DNA of 64,000 nt from an uncultured delta proteobacterium (lineage in GTDB: Bacteria > Myxococcota_A > Polyangia > Polyangiales > B10-G4): the NCBI GenBank assembly GCA_963727445.1, contig CAVSGI010000013.1:320001-384000 (forward strand), read 5' to 3'. The notes beneath the pieces were generated by a model. The model searched no databases, had not been told where the DNA came from, and saw nothing but the letters and a program-made list of their open reading frames with translations. The position numbers and the translations under genes are program-made. Below are positions 50,669 through 60,619 of the stretch, piece after piece; within the stretch, counting starts at the first letter, position 1; each line of letters starts with the position of its first letter.

Positions 50669-52477
50669 TCAGCCCTGCGCCACCGGACGCAGCTCCTCCG
50701 CACCGTGGAGCTCCGCGTAGCCGCGCCGGAGGCCGAAGCATTTCGTCTGCAGAGCGCAGCGGCCGCACTCGTCTGGGTGGACGAACTCGCCGCGGTCGAG
50801 CCCGTCGCGGATGTCTGCCAGCTCGAAGGCGTGGGAGAGCTCGGGAGGAACGAGGCAGAGCGGAATGCCGCACATCGACTCGAAGCCTCCGACGCTCACC
50901 CCGAGCGCGGCGGCTCGCTTCACGCCTTCGGCGAGGTCGGGCATGACGTCGCGGTAACGGGGGATGAGCTCCGGCGTGTGGGGGACGACGTCGCTGCTGG
51001 GCGCGACGAAGGAGACGACGATGGACGCCTGGGGCCAGCGATCGGCGACCATCTCCACGTACGACGGGAACTCGCGATGGTTGAGCTGGCAGAAGACGAA
51101 GTTCAGCCACACCGCCGCGCCCTGCCGCACGAGCTCGTCGATGCCGACGCAGGACTTGTCGAAGGTGCCGGGGGCGTTGGTGATCGCGTCCGATGTCTCC
51201 GCGCGCGCCGCGTGGAGCGAGATGAAGAACTCGTTCACGCCCGCCTCGAGGAGCGCGGCGGTGAGAGCGGGGTCGGCGAGGCGAATGGCATTGCTCTGGA
51301 GCTCGACGTCGGAGGCGCCGAAGGAACGACTGAGCTTCACGTATTCGACGAGGCGTGGGTTGAGCGTGGGCTCGCCGCCGGAGAGGACGACCTTGCCGCC
51401 GCGCTCGGCGATCCCCCGGATCGCCTCTTCCACCTGTGCGTCCTCGGCCGTGGGCAAGTGTGTGGACACGAAGCAGAAGTCACACGCCTGATTGCAACGG
51501 AAGTTCACGCGGACGATGCGGTACTCCTTCTGCGTGCCGTCGACGTGTCGGTTGACGTCCTCCTGAAAGAGCTCGCGCCGGACCTGCTCTGCCACGGTGG
51601 AGATGATGCTGAGCCTGCGCCGCACGCGGTCGCTTCGAATCGGGCGCACGGAGGCTTCGTCGAAGCGGCCAATCGTCACCTCCGGAAAGCCCGGACAGCG
51701 GTCCCGCACCGTGCAGTCGTCGCAGACCGCGGTGTGAGACCACCCCTCCTTCGGGCCACCGCCGCGCGTGAAGGAGAAGAGATGGGCCACCCGCGCGGGG
51801 TGCTCGAAGAAGCATGGGGGGATCAGCGCGCTCGCGTCGACCGAGAGATCGAGGCCGACCCGCCGGGCGCTCGCTTCCGTCTTCTCGACGACCGCCGCCG
51901 CGCGCGAAAGCGGCAAGAGAAGCGAGGGATCCGGCGAGCGCACCGGGACGCCCAGGACCAACGCCGCCGGCTCGACGCCCGCCGAGGCGAGCTGCGCGGG
52001 AAGCTCCGGCAGCGTGCGCTCGGTCGCGGCGACCACGGGCGCGGACACCTCAATCCGTATATTCGCGTCCGCCAGCGCCGCGATCCCCGCGCGCATCGCG
52101 TCGAAGCCGCCCGGGTCCTGCGTGATGTGGTCGAGCTCCGGACCCCACGTCGGGACGTGGACTCGCGCGAGGTCGAGACCGGCCTCCGCCAGCGCGTTCG
52201 CGCGGGCGTCGTCGAGGAGCGTGGCGTTCGTCTCCAGCTCGATGCGAAGGGCGCCCCGCTTCTTCGCGTAGGCGACGAGCTCCACCAGGTCGCGGCGGAG
52301 CGTCGGCTCGCCACCGGTCAGGACAATCGTCTCGGCGCCCTTGCTGAGCGCTGCGTCGATCCGCGCCCGCACGGCGTGCGGCGTCACGAAGAAACGGTCG
52401 TCTCGGGGCGCCCGCGCCGTACAGAACCCGCAGTTCTGGTTGCAACTCCGGTTCGTGAACACCCGCTCGACGCGCAT
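50669..52477 (-). CDS. Tandem double radical SAM protein
   Basis: CNQNCGFC + TGGEPTL and CNQACDFC + SGGEPTL; each half ends with CxxCx5CxG. Confidence 0.9.
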   Translation of the reverse strand: MRVERVFTNRSCNQNCGFCTARAPRDDRFFVTPHAVRARIDAALSKGAETIVLTGGEPTLRRDLVELVAYAKKRGALRIELETNATLLDDARANALAEAGLDLARVHVPTWGPELDHITQDPGGFDAMRAGIAALADANIRIEVSAPVVAATERTLPELPAQLASAGVEPAALVLGVPVRSPDPSLLLPLSRAAAVVEKTEASARRVGLDLSVDASALIPPCFFEHPARVAHLFSFTRGGGPKEGWSHTAVCDDCTVRDRCPGFPEVTIGRFDEASVRPIRSDRVRRRLSIISTVAEQVRRELFQEDVNRHVDGTQKEYRIVRVNFRCNQACDFCFVSTHLPTAEDAQVEEAIRGIAERGGKVVLSGGEPTLNPRLVEYVKLSRSFGASDVELQSNAIRLADPALTAALLEAGVNEFFISLHAARAETSDAITNAPGTFDKSCVGIDELVRQGAAVWLNFVFCQLNHREFPSYVEMVADRWPQASIVVSFVAPSSDVVPHTPELIPRYRDVMPDLAEGVKRAAALGVSVGGFESMCGIPLCLVPPELSHAFELADIRDGLDRGEFVHPDECGRCALQTKCFGLRRGYAELHGAEELRPVAQG

Positions 52478-52576
52478 CGCTTCGAGTGAAGTCTGCGCGG
52501 CCGAGCGCGGCTTTTCAATCGAGCGACGACGACCGACTCCGTTGCCCTCCCCGAGCGACCGTGGCAGCGTCGGCCC

Positions 52577-53636
52577 GTGAAGGCTCTTCGTCGGGCGGCG
52601 CTCTTCGCGCTGGCGTGGCTCGCTGCCTCCTGTGGCGCGCCCAGAGGTAGGGTGCCCGGTCCGACCTCGCCGCCGCCTGCGGAAGACGAAGCGGCGGCGC
52701 CGAGAGAGGGCGCTCGCACCCGAGGACGAAGCCCTGCTGGCGCGTCTGCCGGACGACACCATGCTGGTCATCGCGCTCGATCACGAGCGCCTCGCGGCGT
52801 CGCCGTATCACGGCGCCCTCGTCGGCGACGAGGCGATCCTCGTGCACACCGCGCTCGGAATGCACCTGCATCTCGATCCGGAGACCGACCTTCCCGAGGA
52901 CTTTCTGCGTCAGGCCGACAGGACGCTCATCGTGATCACCCTCGACGAGGTGGGCCTGAACGACCTCTTCGTCGCGGTCGAAGGGGCGCTCGACGCGGAC
53001 GTCGTCTCCGCGCTGGCGTCGTCGGCCGGCGCGAGCCTGCATGTGGGCGAAGACGGCGAGGGACGAATCGGCCCGATCGCCGAGGACGAGGTGGAGGCGA
53101 TCGGCGTCTATCGCCCGTCTTCCGGCCTGGCCTTCGGTCCGCTCGATCGTGAAGAGGAGATCGCCGCGCTGCTCTCGGATCAGCCCGCTCGGTCGCGCGG
53201 CGACTCGACCTTGCGCCGCGTGCTTTCACGAACGCCGAACACGACGGGAGCGCGGGCTTTCATCGCGAACACGCGGGGCCTCGCGGCCTATCTGCGCGAG
53301 ACCTTCGCCGCGCAGAACCTCACCACGGAGATCGTCGACACCCTGGTGGGCGTGACGCTGGAGCTCGACGTGGACGACGGCGCGACGCTCGAGCTGTCGG
53401 GGATCGCGAGCACGCCGGAAGCGGTCGAGACGCTCGCGGACCAGCTCGACGAGCTCATCGCTGGGGCGGCGGAGCAGCCGCTCCTCGTCGCCCTCGGCAT
53501 CGCGGCAGCGATCGAAGCGCGGGAGCGAACGGTGACCGACGACGAAGCACGCTTCGTCTTCCGCATGAGCGACACGGCCTTCCGCGCAGCGCTCGTGCGC
53601 ATGATGGGAGTCCTCGCGTCGGCAGCCTCCGAATGA
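52577..53636 (+). CDS. Hypothetical lipoprotein, frameshift near 52705
   Basis: Signal and lipobox LAAS-C in ORF 52577; body (LLARLPDDT...) in ORF 52632..53636. Confidence 0.6.
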
Positions 53637-53680
53637 GTACATCAGGCCGCGAAGCGGTAGACTGCTGAGAGAGGGAGTCG

Positions 53681-54373
53681 GTGAAGCACAGAATCCTCAT
53701 CGTCGACGACAACGACTTGAACGTCGAGCTGCTCTCGCAGCTCCTCGACGAAGACTACGAGTTGGAGACGGCGTCGAACGGAGAGGAAGCGCTGAAAGCG
53801 GCCGCGAGCTTTCGCCCGGATGTGGTCTTGATGGACCTGTCGATGCCCGTCATGGATGGCTGGGAGGCCACGCGACGACTTCGTGCGCTCCCCGAGAACA
53901 GCCACCTCCGGATCCTCGCGGTGTCCGCGTGCACCATCCCCGGCGAGGTGGAGCGCGCGATCGCCCTCGGGTGCGACGGCTTCGTGAAGAAGCCCGTCGA
54001 CGAGCAAGCGCTCCTCGACAAGATCCGCGCGATCCTCGAGGGCCGCATCAGCGCGGTCCCGGATGTCGACAACGCAGGGCCCAACGTGACGCCACAGGAC
54101 CACCGCCGGACGCAACGCAAGCTCGACAGCTGGCCCGTGGGCGTCACCTCGTATCGGCTCGGCGAGGTGTGGCTCTGTCACGTGGACACCGACGCGGGCG
54201 ACATCATCGGCCGCGCGCGGGGCGCGACCCGCGACGCCGCCGAAAAGGAGGCCGTCAGCATCGCCTCCACCAAGGTCCACTCCTCCCGCAGCCTGAGACG
54301 CGCCCTGGACGACCTCCGTTCGAGCGTATCGCGCATGGAAGAGAGCCTGAAAGAGGGCGACGGGGACGAGTAG
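53681..54373 (+). CDS. Response regulator receiver domain with small C-terminal output domain
   Basis: ILIVDD, DVVLMDLSMPVMDG, FVKKP; GGGAG RBS. Confidence 0.9.
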   Translation: MKHRILIVDDNDLNVELLSQLLDEDYELETASNGEEALKAAASFRPDVVLMDLSMPVMDGWEATRRLRALPENSHLRILAVSACTIPGEVERAIALGCDGFVKKPVDEQALLDKIRAILEGRISAVPDVDNAGPNVTPQDHRRTQRKLDSWPVGVTSYRLGEVWLCHVDTDAGDIIGRARGATRDAAEKEAVSIASTKVHSSRSLRRALDDLRSSVSRMEESLKEGDGDE

Positions 54374-54424
54374 CTCGCGAGTCGCGGCCACCGGTGTGCC
54401 GCGTCCGTGTGGAGCGGCGGCTCC

Positions 54425-54940
54425 TCAGAGGCGGACCTTCAGCCCCATCTCCTTCATCGAGAGGAGCGCCTCGGCGTTGCCGCGGGCGTCGTCCACCGGA
54501 TGGTGGGTGTGGGGCGACTTCCGCAGATGCTTGAAGCTCTTGAATGTGTCCTTGGTGAGGCCCTTGTAGAGGGAGCCGAGGTTCTGTGAGCTGAAGCCGA
54601 AGGGGTTCTTCCCGAGGAAGTGATGGAAGTACCAGTTGATGAACTGCCAATCGAAGCCGTTGTTGTCCGCGACGAAGATCTTCCGATCGTCGCACTCGTC
54701 TTCGAGCCAGGCGTCGAAGCGCTTCATCACCGCGGCCGGATCTTCGAAGGCCTCGGTCGCTTGGCGGGTGAACCCACTCACGGCGAGGGCCTCGGGGACC
54801 CATTGCTCGGAGATCGGCTTCAGCTGCCCATAGAAAGTTCTACCGAGACCCGGCTCCACGATCACGGCGCCGAAGCAGACCATCGAGTAGTCCCCAGGAA
54901 TGGGTCCATCGGCTTCGACGTCGACCATTACCCAAGTCAT
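54425..54940 (-). CDS. DEDDh 3'-5' exo(ribo)nuclease, Rv2179c-like
   Basis: VDVEADGP, DNNGFDW, HHPVDDA. Confidence 0.8.
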   Translation of the reverse strand: MTWVMVDVEADGPIPGDYSMVCFGAVIVEPGLGRTFYGQLKPISEQWVPEALAVSGFTRQATEAFEDPAAVMKRFDAWLEDECDDRKIFVADNNGFDWQFINWYFHHFLGKNPFGFSSQNLGSLYKGLTKDTFKSFKHLRKSPHTHHPVDDARGNAEALLSMKEMGLKVRL

Positions 54941-55019
54941 GATGCTCAAACCCTAACCACGGTGGCACACGCGTCCAGCGGCGACTTTTCATCGAAGGGC
55001 ATCGGAGGGACACTGATCC

Positions 55020-55989
55020 GTGGAGGTCCTCGTGATCGTTCGCTTCGCCTCTCTCTTCGTCCTGTTCACCCTCTTCGCCTGCTCCGACGACGACTCGGTC
55101 GTCCTCGACGCCGAGCCCGACACCGCCGTCGGCGACGGGAGCATGGATGCGATGCCCGACGCGGACGTGCCCGATGCCTCGGACGCGACGCCAGACGGGA
55201 TGCGGAGCGATGGGATGGTCGCGGACGCGGCGATCGACGCCCCACCAGCCGACGCCACCCCCGACGCTGCGATGGACGCGACACCCGACGCCGTGGTGGA
55301 CGCGACCGCGGACGCGACCATGGACACCGGACGGGACGCGGTGGTGGTGGACGCCACCTCCGGCGTCTGTGGCGATGGCGTCCGCGATCCGGGTGAGGCC
55401 TGTGACTACGCGGTCGACCTGTGCTGCAACCGCAGCTGCACCGGGCCGGCCGCCGTACGCACGCTGTGCCGGGCGTCGGCGGGGATTCTGCGACCGCCCG
55501 GAGCGCTGCGACGGTACGTCGGTCGCGTGTCCCTCCGACGGATTCCGGTCGGCGAGCACCACATGTCGCGCCTCGGCCGGCGTCTGCGACCTCGCGGAGA
55601 ATTGTACCGGAAGCAGCGCGACGTGCCCGACCGATACGCTGGTCGCCGCCGGCACCGAGTGCCGAGCCAGCGCCGGCGTCTGCGATGTCGCCGAGAGCTG
55701 CACCGGCGCCTCCGTGCGATGCCCCGCCGACCGCCTCGCCCCGACGCGCACCGTGTGCCGCGCAGCGGCCGGCGGCTGCGACGTCGAGGAGACCTGCACC
55801 GGCACCTCCGTTCGCTGCCCCGCGGACGCCTACAGCGCGCCGCGCACCCTGTGCCGCGCCGCCGACCCGCTCACTTGCACCGCCGACGCGCGTTGCAGCG
55901 GCCTGAGCCCCGACTGCCCACCCAGCGCCTCGACCTGCACCGCCGGCCTGATCTGTTGCATGCCGGGATGCGCTCGCGTCTGCCCGTGA
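55020..55989 (+). CDS. Lipoprotein with disintegrin-like Cys repeats, frameshift near 55485
   Basis: Lipobox TLFA-C, D-rich linker, CGDGVRDPGEACD, repeated CRASAGVCDxAExCTGxSxxCPxD. Confidence 0.7.
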
Positions 55990-56023
55990 CCCGCGCGCGT
56001 CGACGCACGACAGCAGGCGCGCA

Positions 56024-58223
56024 TCAGTCCTCCTCTTCCTCGTCGTCGTCCTCGTACTCCTCGTCTTCCTCTTCTTCGTCCTCTTCTTCGTTCTCGTCGA
56101 AGAGGTCGATGTCCGGATTCGACCAGAAGCCGAAGGTCTTGATGAAGGCGAGCTCGTCGGCCTGAAGGAAGGTCGCGTCGGGGACGTCGTCGAGCTCGGT
56201 GAAGCCGAGACCGAACCAATCCGACTCCTCGGCCAGATCCTTCATCACCGCGACCACCTCGCCGTACCGCTCCTCGGGGGCCAGATCCTCGGACGCCTCG
56301 AGCAGCTGGCCGAGCCTTTCCGTCGGATCCTCGCCGTAGCTCATGAAGAAGCGAGCGAAACCGACCGCGTGCACGGGGACGTGGTCGACACGCTCTTCGA
56401 TCTCGGTCGGCAGCGCGATCTCGTCCAGCCCACACAGCCAGCAGAGCCAGGTGAGGCGGGTCCATTCCTGGCGGCAGAGATGATTGATGCCGACGCCGCC
56501 GAAATCCTCGGGGATCGCGACCTCCACCGGACCATCGGGCAGCAGGTGTGAGACGTCGGGCACGATCCAATCCGCTTCCCCGAAACGCTCCACCAGACGC
56601 TCTCGATGCCGCATGAGGCGTGTCGCGCTCTTCTGGATGGCTTCGTGAAAGCGCTCGACCTCCGCCGGGTTCTTGGCCTTCGTTCGATTCGAGGAGCTTC
56701 GAGAGGCGGTCGATGCTCTTGCGCCGCGAATCGTCGGTTGGCCAGAAGGTCCAGTCGGGGAAGAGCGCGTGGATGTAGGAGCCGATGCCCTTGGCGAACC
56801 CCTCGTCGTTCGCGCGGAGCCGCTCGACCGACTCGCGCGCGCCCGCCGCGTCGCCGAGGCTCGCGCGCACCAGCGCGCGCGTGTACTCGAACGACGCCGC
56901 CTCCTCTTCCGGCGCCGTGCGGATGGCGGCGTCGATGATCTCCGACGCCAGCTCCGACTCGTCCGCGTCGTCGAGAACGCCGGCCGCGAAGCGGAGCATC
57001 TCGAAAGGATCGCCGCCGCCGCGAATCACGTCGAAGGCAGCGTTGACGCATTTGTCGGGTCCTCCCCCGAAACGCGCGATGTTGGAGACGAGCATCCTGC
57101 CCATCTGGGTGGCGTGGACGGTCACGTTCGCGCTGACCGGACGCGCGAGCGTCGCGAAGGCCTGCCGGAGCTTCTCCGGCTCCGCCTCGCCCCGTCCCAC
57201 GGCGCGCGCCATCGCGAAGAGGGACGCGCCGACCTGCCGCTCCGAGGCCAGGCGCTCCGCGAGCGCCATGAAGCCGCTGGTCGCGCTGAGCACGCTCTGC
57301 GTGGCCTCGAGGTCGTTGGGGAGGCCGGTGTCGACGCTCGCCATGACGTTGCCGGCGCCGTCGAGGTACTCGATCACGCCCACCGGGTCGTCGTCGTCGA
57401 ACTCGCCACGCATGGCGTGGGCGGTTCCTTCTTCGACGTCGTCTTCGTCGAAGCGCACGAGGCGCGGTCCCTTCTTCTCTCCGAGGGCGTAGCTGACCTC
57501 TTCGAGGACGTTGCCGCCTTCATCGTAGGTGCGGGTGAGGCCGTGACGCTGACCGTCATGCCACTCGGCCTCCTCCACCAGAGCTCCGCTCTCCTCGTGG
57601 AAGATCTTCGCGGTGCCCTCGATGACGCCTGCCTCGTACGGCTCTTCGGTGACGAGCACCCCTTCGGTGTTCCACCAACGCCACACACCGGTGCGCGCGA
57701 TGGTTTCGTCGTCGTTGTCGATCACCGCGCCCGCCACCCAGCGGTACATGTCGTCCTCTTCCCGCTTGCGGAAGTGCGCGTCTTCGGGGACGCCCTGGGG
57801 CCGCGTGTCGGGGAAGGGCTCGCCATCCTCCATGCACTGGTTGCCGTCGGCGTCGTAGCACCGCGCAGCCACTACGCTGCCATGCTCGTAGTCCATCTCC
57901 GCGCGCTGCACCGCCTCGCCCAGCCCGTAGGGAAAGTTCTCCGTGGTCTGTGCGGACGAGCGCCGAAAGACGTTCGTTCCGTGGAGCTTTCCTTCGTCGA
58001 AGGCCCCCTCACGGGACACCTCGCCGTTTTCGTGAAAGCGCTTGAACGAGCCGTGGGGGGTTCCGTGGACGAACTCGGTTTCGCAGCAGAGCGTCCCGTC
58101 GGGGCGCCACCACTTCACGAGCCCGTGCTTGTCACCCGCGTCGTCCGATTCGTGGAGGCACCATTCGTCGTCATCTTCGTCCCAGTACGCGCCCTCGGGC
58201 ACGCTCGACGGTCGCTCGCGCAT
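56024..58223 (-). CDS. MORN-variant (YwqK-like) repeat protein with TPR-like region and acidic tail, frameshift near 56680
   Basis: HGLVKWWRPDG, HGSFKRFHENG, HGLTRTYDEGG repeats; continues in the frame of ORF 56024..56614. Confidence 0.7.
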
Positions 58224-58279
58224 GTTCCCTCCGTATCAGGAGCGCACGAGCATACACCCCTCGAGGCGCGTCGGTCGGG

Positions 58280-60544
58280 TCAGGCCTCACGCGCCGAGAT
58301 CGACACGATCGCCACGCCCCCTTCGCTTCGGACCGCGACGCGCAGCCGGTCGTCCTCGTCTCGCGGACGCCACAGGACGCTCCGGCCCTCGCCCTCGATC
58401 ACACCGTCGGACTCCCAGCGCGTGCTCACGGCGGCGGGGCCTCCGTCGATGCGTACCTTCACGCCGTCGTCGGTCTGCTCGGCGACGACCAGGCGCACGG
58501 TGGGCGGACCCCACAAGCCCACGTCGCGGGAGCGCTCGGCCATCTTCGGCGAGCTGTCCCGCCACTGATCGATGATGCGCAAGCGAGGCCCCTCGCTCCC
58601 CGTCCCTTCGTTTTCGTCGAAGGCAGCCATGCCGCTGTCGGCCGGCGGCGGGTCCACCACCATGCCGGTATCTCCGTCGGCCCCCGCGTCGCCGGCCGCG
58701 TCTCCCGCCGCGTCGCCCGCGTCGAGGTCGCCGTCCATGCCGGCGTCCAAGGGCGGCGGATCGACCACCATGGTGTCCACCCCGGAATCGGCGGGCGGCG
58801 GGTCGACCACCATGGTGTCCATCCCCGAGTCCATCGGAACCGGATCGACCACGTCCTCGCCGCACGCCATCGTCCCGAACGCGAGCGTGGACGCGAGCAC
58901 GACGTTGCGCGCCATCTCGATGTACGCCGGCGTGGGCGCGCCGTCGCGAATGAGGACGTGCTCGCCCGAAGCGAAGCTCTCCATGCGGTCGCGGAGCGCG
59001 TCGAGGGCGACGTGCCACTTCTGGTCGGCCTCGGCGATCTCCAGACCGAGGACCGCGGTGTGGCGCGCGATGGCGTCGTGGTCGTGGGGGTCGAGGGTCT
59101 CGGCGAGCTTCGCCGCGCGCTCGAGGAAGTCGGCCGTCTCGTTGCTGATGCCGCGCGTGATGCGGTCCGCCTCGCGCCGCAGCGCCGGCAGCTGACCATG
59201 GGGGTCGTCGTAGAAGCGCTCGAGAACGTTTTGCGCGTAGCCCACGCCCATGTAGCGGTTGGCGACGCCCTGCGGGGCGAAGTTGCGCTCGCGGAAGGCC
59301 GCCGCCGAGATGCGGAAGAGGAGCTCGGCCCGATCGTCGTCCATGCGGTAGTTCCAGCCGAGGTAGCTACCACCCAGGTCCTGCACCGCGCCCATCTCCA
59401 GGTGAAGCGGTGTGCCGTAGTAGGGCTCGGCGCGACAGAAGTTCACCGGGTGCGAGGCGTGCTCGCGCATGAAGGCGATGTTCTCGCGCACATCCGAGAG
59501 CGTCGCGTGCGGCTCGAAGACGAGGAGGTTGTAGCAGACGAAGATCCCCGCGTCGTCGCAGGCGTCGAGCGCTGCACCGATCGCCTTGGTCTGCGTGCCG
59601 CGGCGCAGGTGATCCCCGCCCGCCTCGGAGGCGTTCTCCACGCCGACGTAGAGTCGGATCACGCCGAGGTCGGCGAGCTCCTGCGCCAGCTCCGCGGTGA
59701 TGGTGTCGGGTCGCGCCTTGCCGACGATGCCCAGGGTCCCGACGCCGTAGCGGTCGAGCTCCTCGCGCATGCGCCGGACGCGCGCGAGGGTGTCCTTCGG
59801 GCGGGGCAGCGTGAAGTTGTCGTCGTGGAAGCAGAAGATCGCGGGCTCGGCGGCCTCGTGCCAGAGGAGCGCCATCTCCTCGGCGACGTTCTCCGGGCTC
59901 CGCAGGCGGAAGGTCTTGCCGCCGCCGTAGGTGCGCGCGTCGCGGTAGAAGCTGGTGATGGAGCAGTAGCTGCACTTGCCCCAGCAGCCGCGGCTCGCCA
60001 TCAGCGGCACGAAAGGCACGCCGAAGTGGCGGCGGTGATCGCGGTAGCGGCGCGGGAAGGGGAGCGCGTCGAGGTCGTCTTCGAGGGCGCGCGGCGGCGT
60101 TCGAAAGACCGCACCGTCATCGGCGGCGAGGGCGAGACCGGGGATGTCGCCGAGCGGGGTGCCCGCTTCGAGGGCCGCCATGAGCTCGACGATGGTGCGC
60201 TCGCCCTCGTGTAGAACGACGGTGTCGACGCCGTGGCCACGCCCCACGACCTCACGCCACGCGAGGGTGGGGAACTGTCCACCCGCGGTGATGTGACCGC
60301 GGAAGCCGGCCGCGCGCAGGCGACGCGAGAGGCGCAGGAACTCGTGCGCCCGGTGTTGGAACTGGATCGCGAGACCGATCACGTCCGGCGCGAGTCCGAG
60401 CGCCCTGTCGGCGACCGCCTCCGCCTCGTCGGGCGTATTGAAGGAGACGAAGAACGCCTCGTGACCCGCCTCTTCCGCCGCCGCCGCGATCATGCCGATC
60501 CCGAGGTTCTCCTCGAAGTCCGCACCGATGAGCACCACCCGCAT
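58280..60544 (-). CDS. B12-binding radical SAM protein with a long C-terminal fusion (hydrophobic/lipobox segment, VVDPPP repeats, beta-domain)
   Basis: NLGIGMIAA, DVIGLA, TAGGQFPT, HEGE cobalamin-binding domain; SRGCWGKCSYC, FHDDNF, YVGVE. Confidence 0.9.
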   Translation of the reverse strand: MRVVLIGADFEENLGIGMIAAAAEEAGHEAFFVSFNTPDEAEAVADRALGLAPDVIGLAIQFQHRAHEFLRLSRRLRAAGFRGHITAGGQFPTLAWREVVGRGHGVDTVVLHEGERTIVELMAALEAGTPLGDIPGLALAADDGAVFRTPPRALEDDLDALPFPRRYRDHRRHFGVPFVPLMASRGCWGKCSYCSITSFYRDARTYGGGKTFRLRSPENVAEEMALLWHEAAEPAIFCFHDDNFTLPRPKDTLARVRRMREELDRYGVGTLGIVGKARPDTITAELAQELADLGVIRLYVGVENASEAGGDHLRRGTQTKAIGAALDACDDAGIFVCYNLLVFEPHATLSDVRENIAFMREHASHPVNFCRAEPYYGTPLHLEMGAVQDLGGSYLGWNYRMDDDRAELLFRISAAAFRERNFAPQGVANRYMGVGYAQNVLERFYDDPHGQLPALRREADRITRGISNETADFLERAAKLAETLDPHDHDAIARHTAVLGLEIAEADQKWHVALDALRDRMESFASGEHVLIRDGAPTPAYIEMARNVVLASTLAFGTMACGEDVVDPVPMDSGMDTMVVDPPPADSGVDTMVVDPPPLDAGMDGDLDAGDAAGDAAGDAGADGDTGMVVDPPPADSGMAAFDENEGTGSEGPRLRIIDQWRDSSPKMAERSRDVGLWGPPTVRLVVAEQTDDGVKVRIDGGPAAVSTRWESDGVIEGEGRSVLWRPRDEDDRLRVAVRSEGGVAIVSISAREA

Positions 60545-60619
60545 GGCAACCTCCCTCGCGGCGCGGACGCGCCGCTGGAAACGAGATGGGCACGGGTCAG
60601 CGGCGGGTCGTGTGCGTGC

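Noticed and set aside
56673..58568. Long antisense or alternative-frame ORFs (also e.g. 60233..62212, 24697..26415, 20674..22233, 50705..52489)
   Set aside because: Shadows of real genes in high-GC DNA: Arg/Ala/Pro-rich or motif-free translations overlapping better-supported CDSs.
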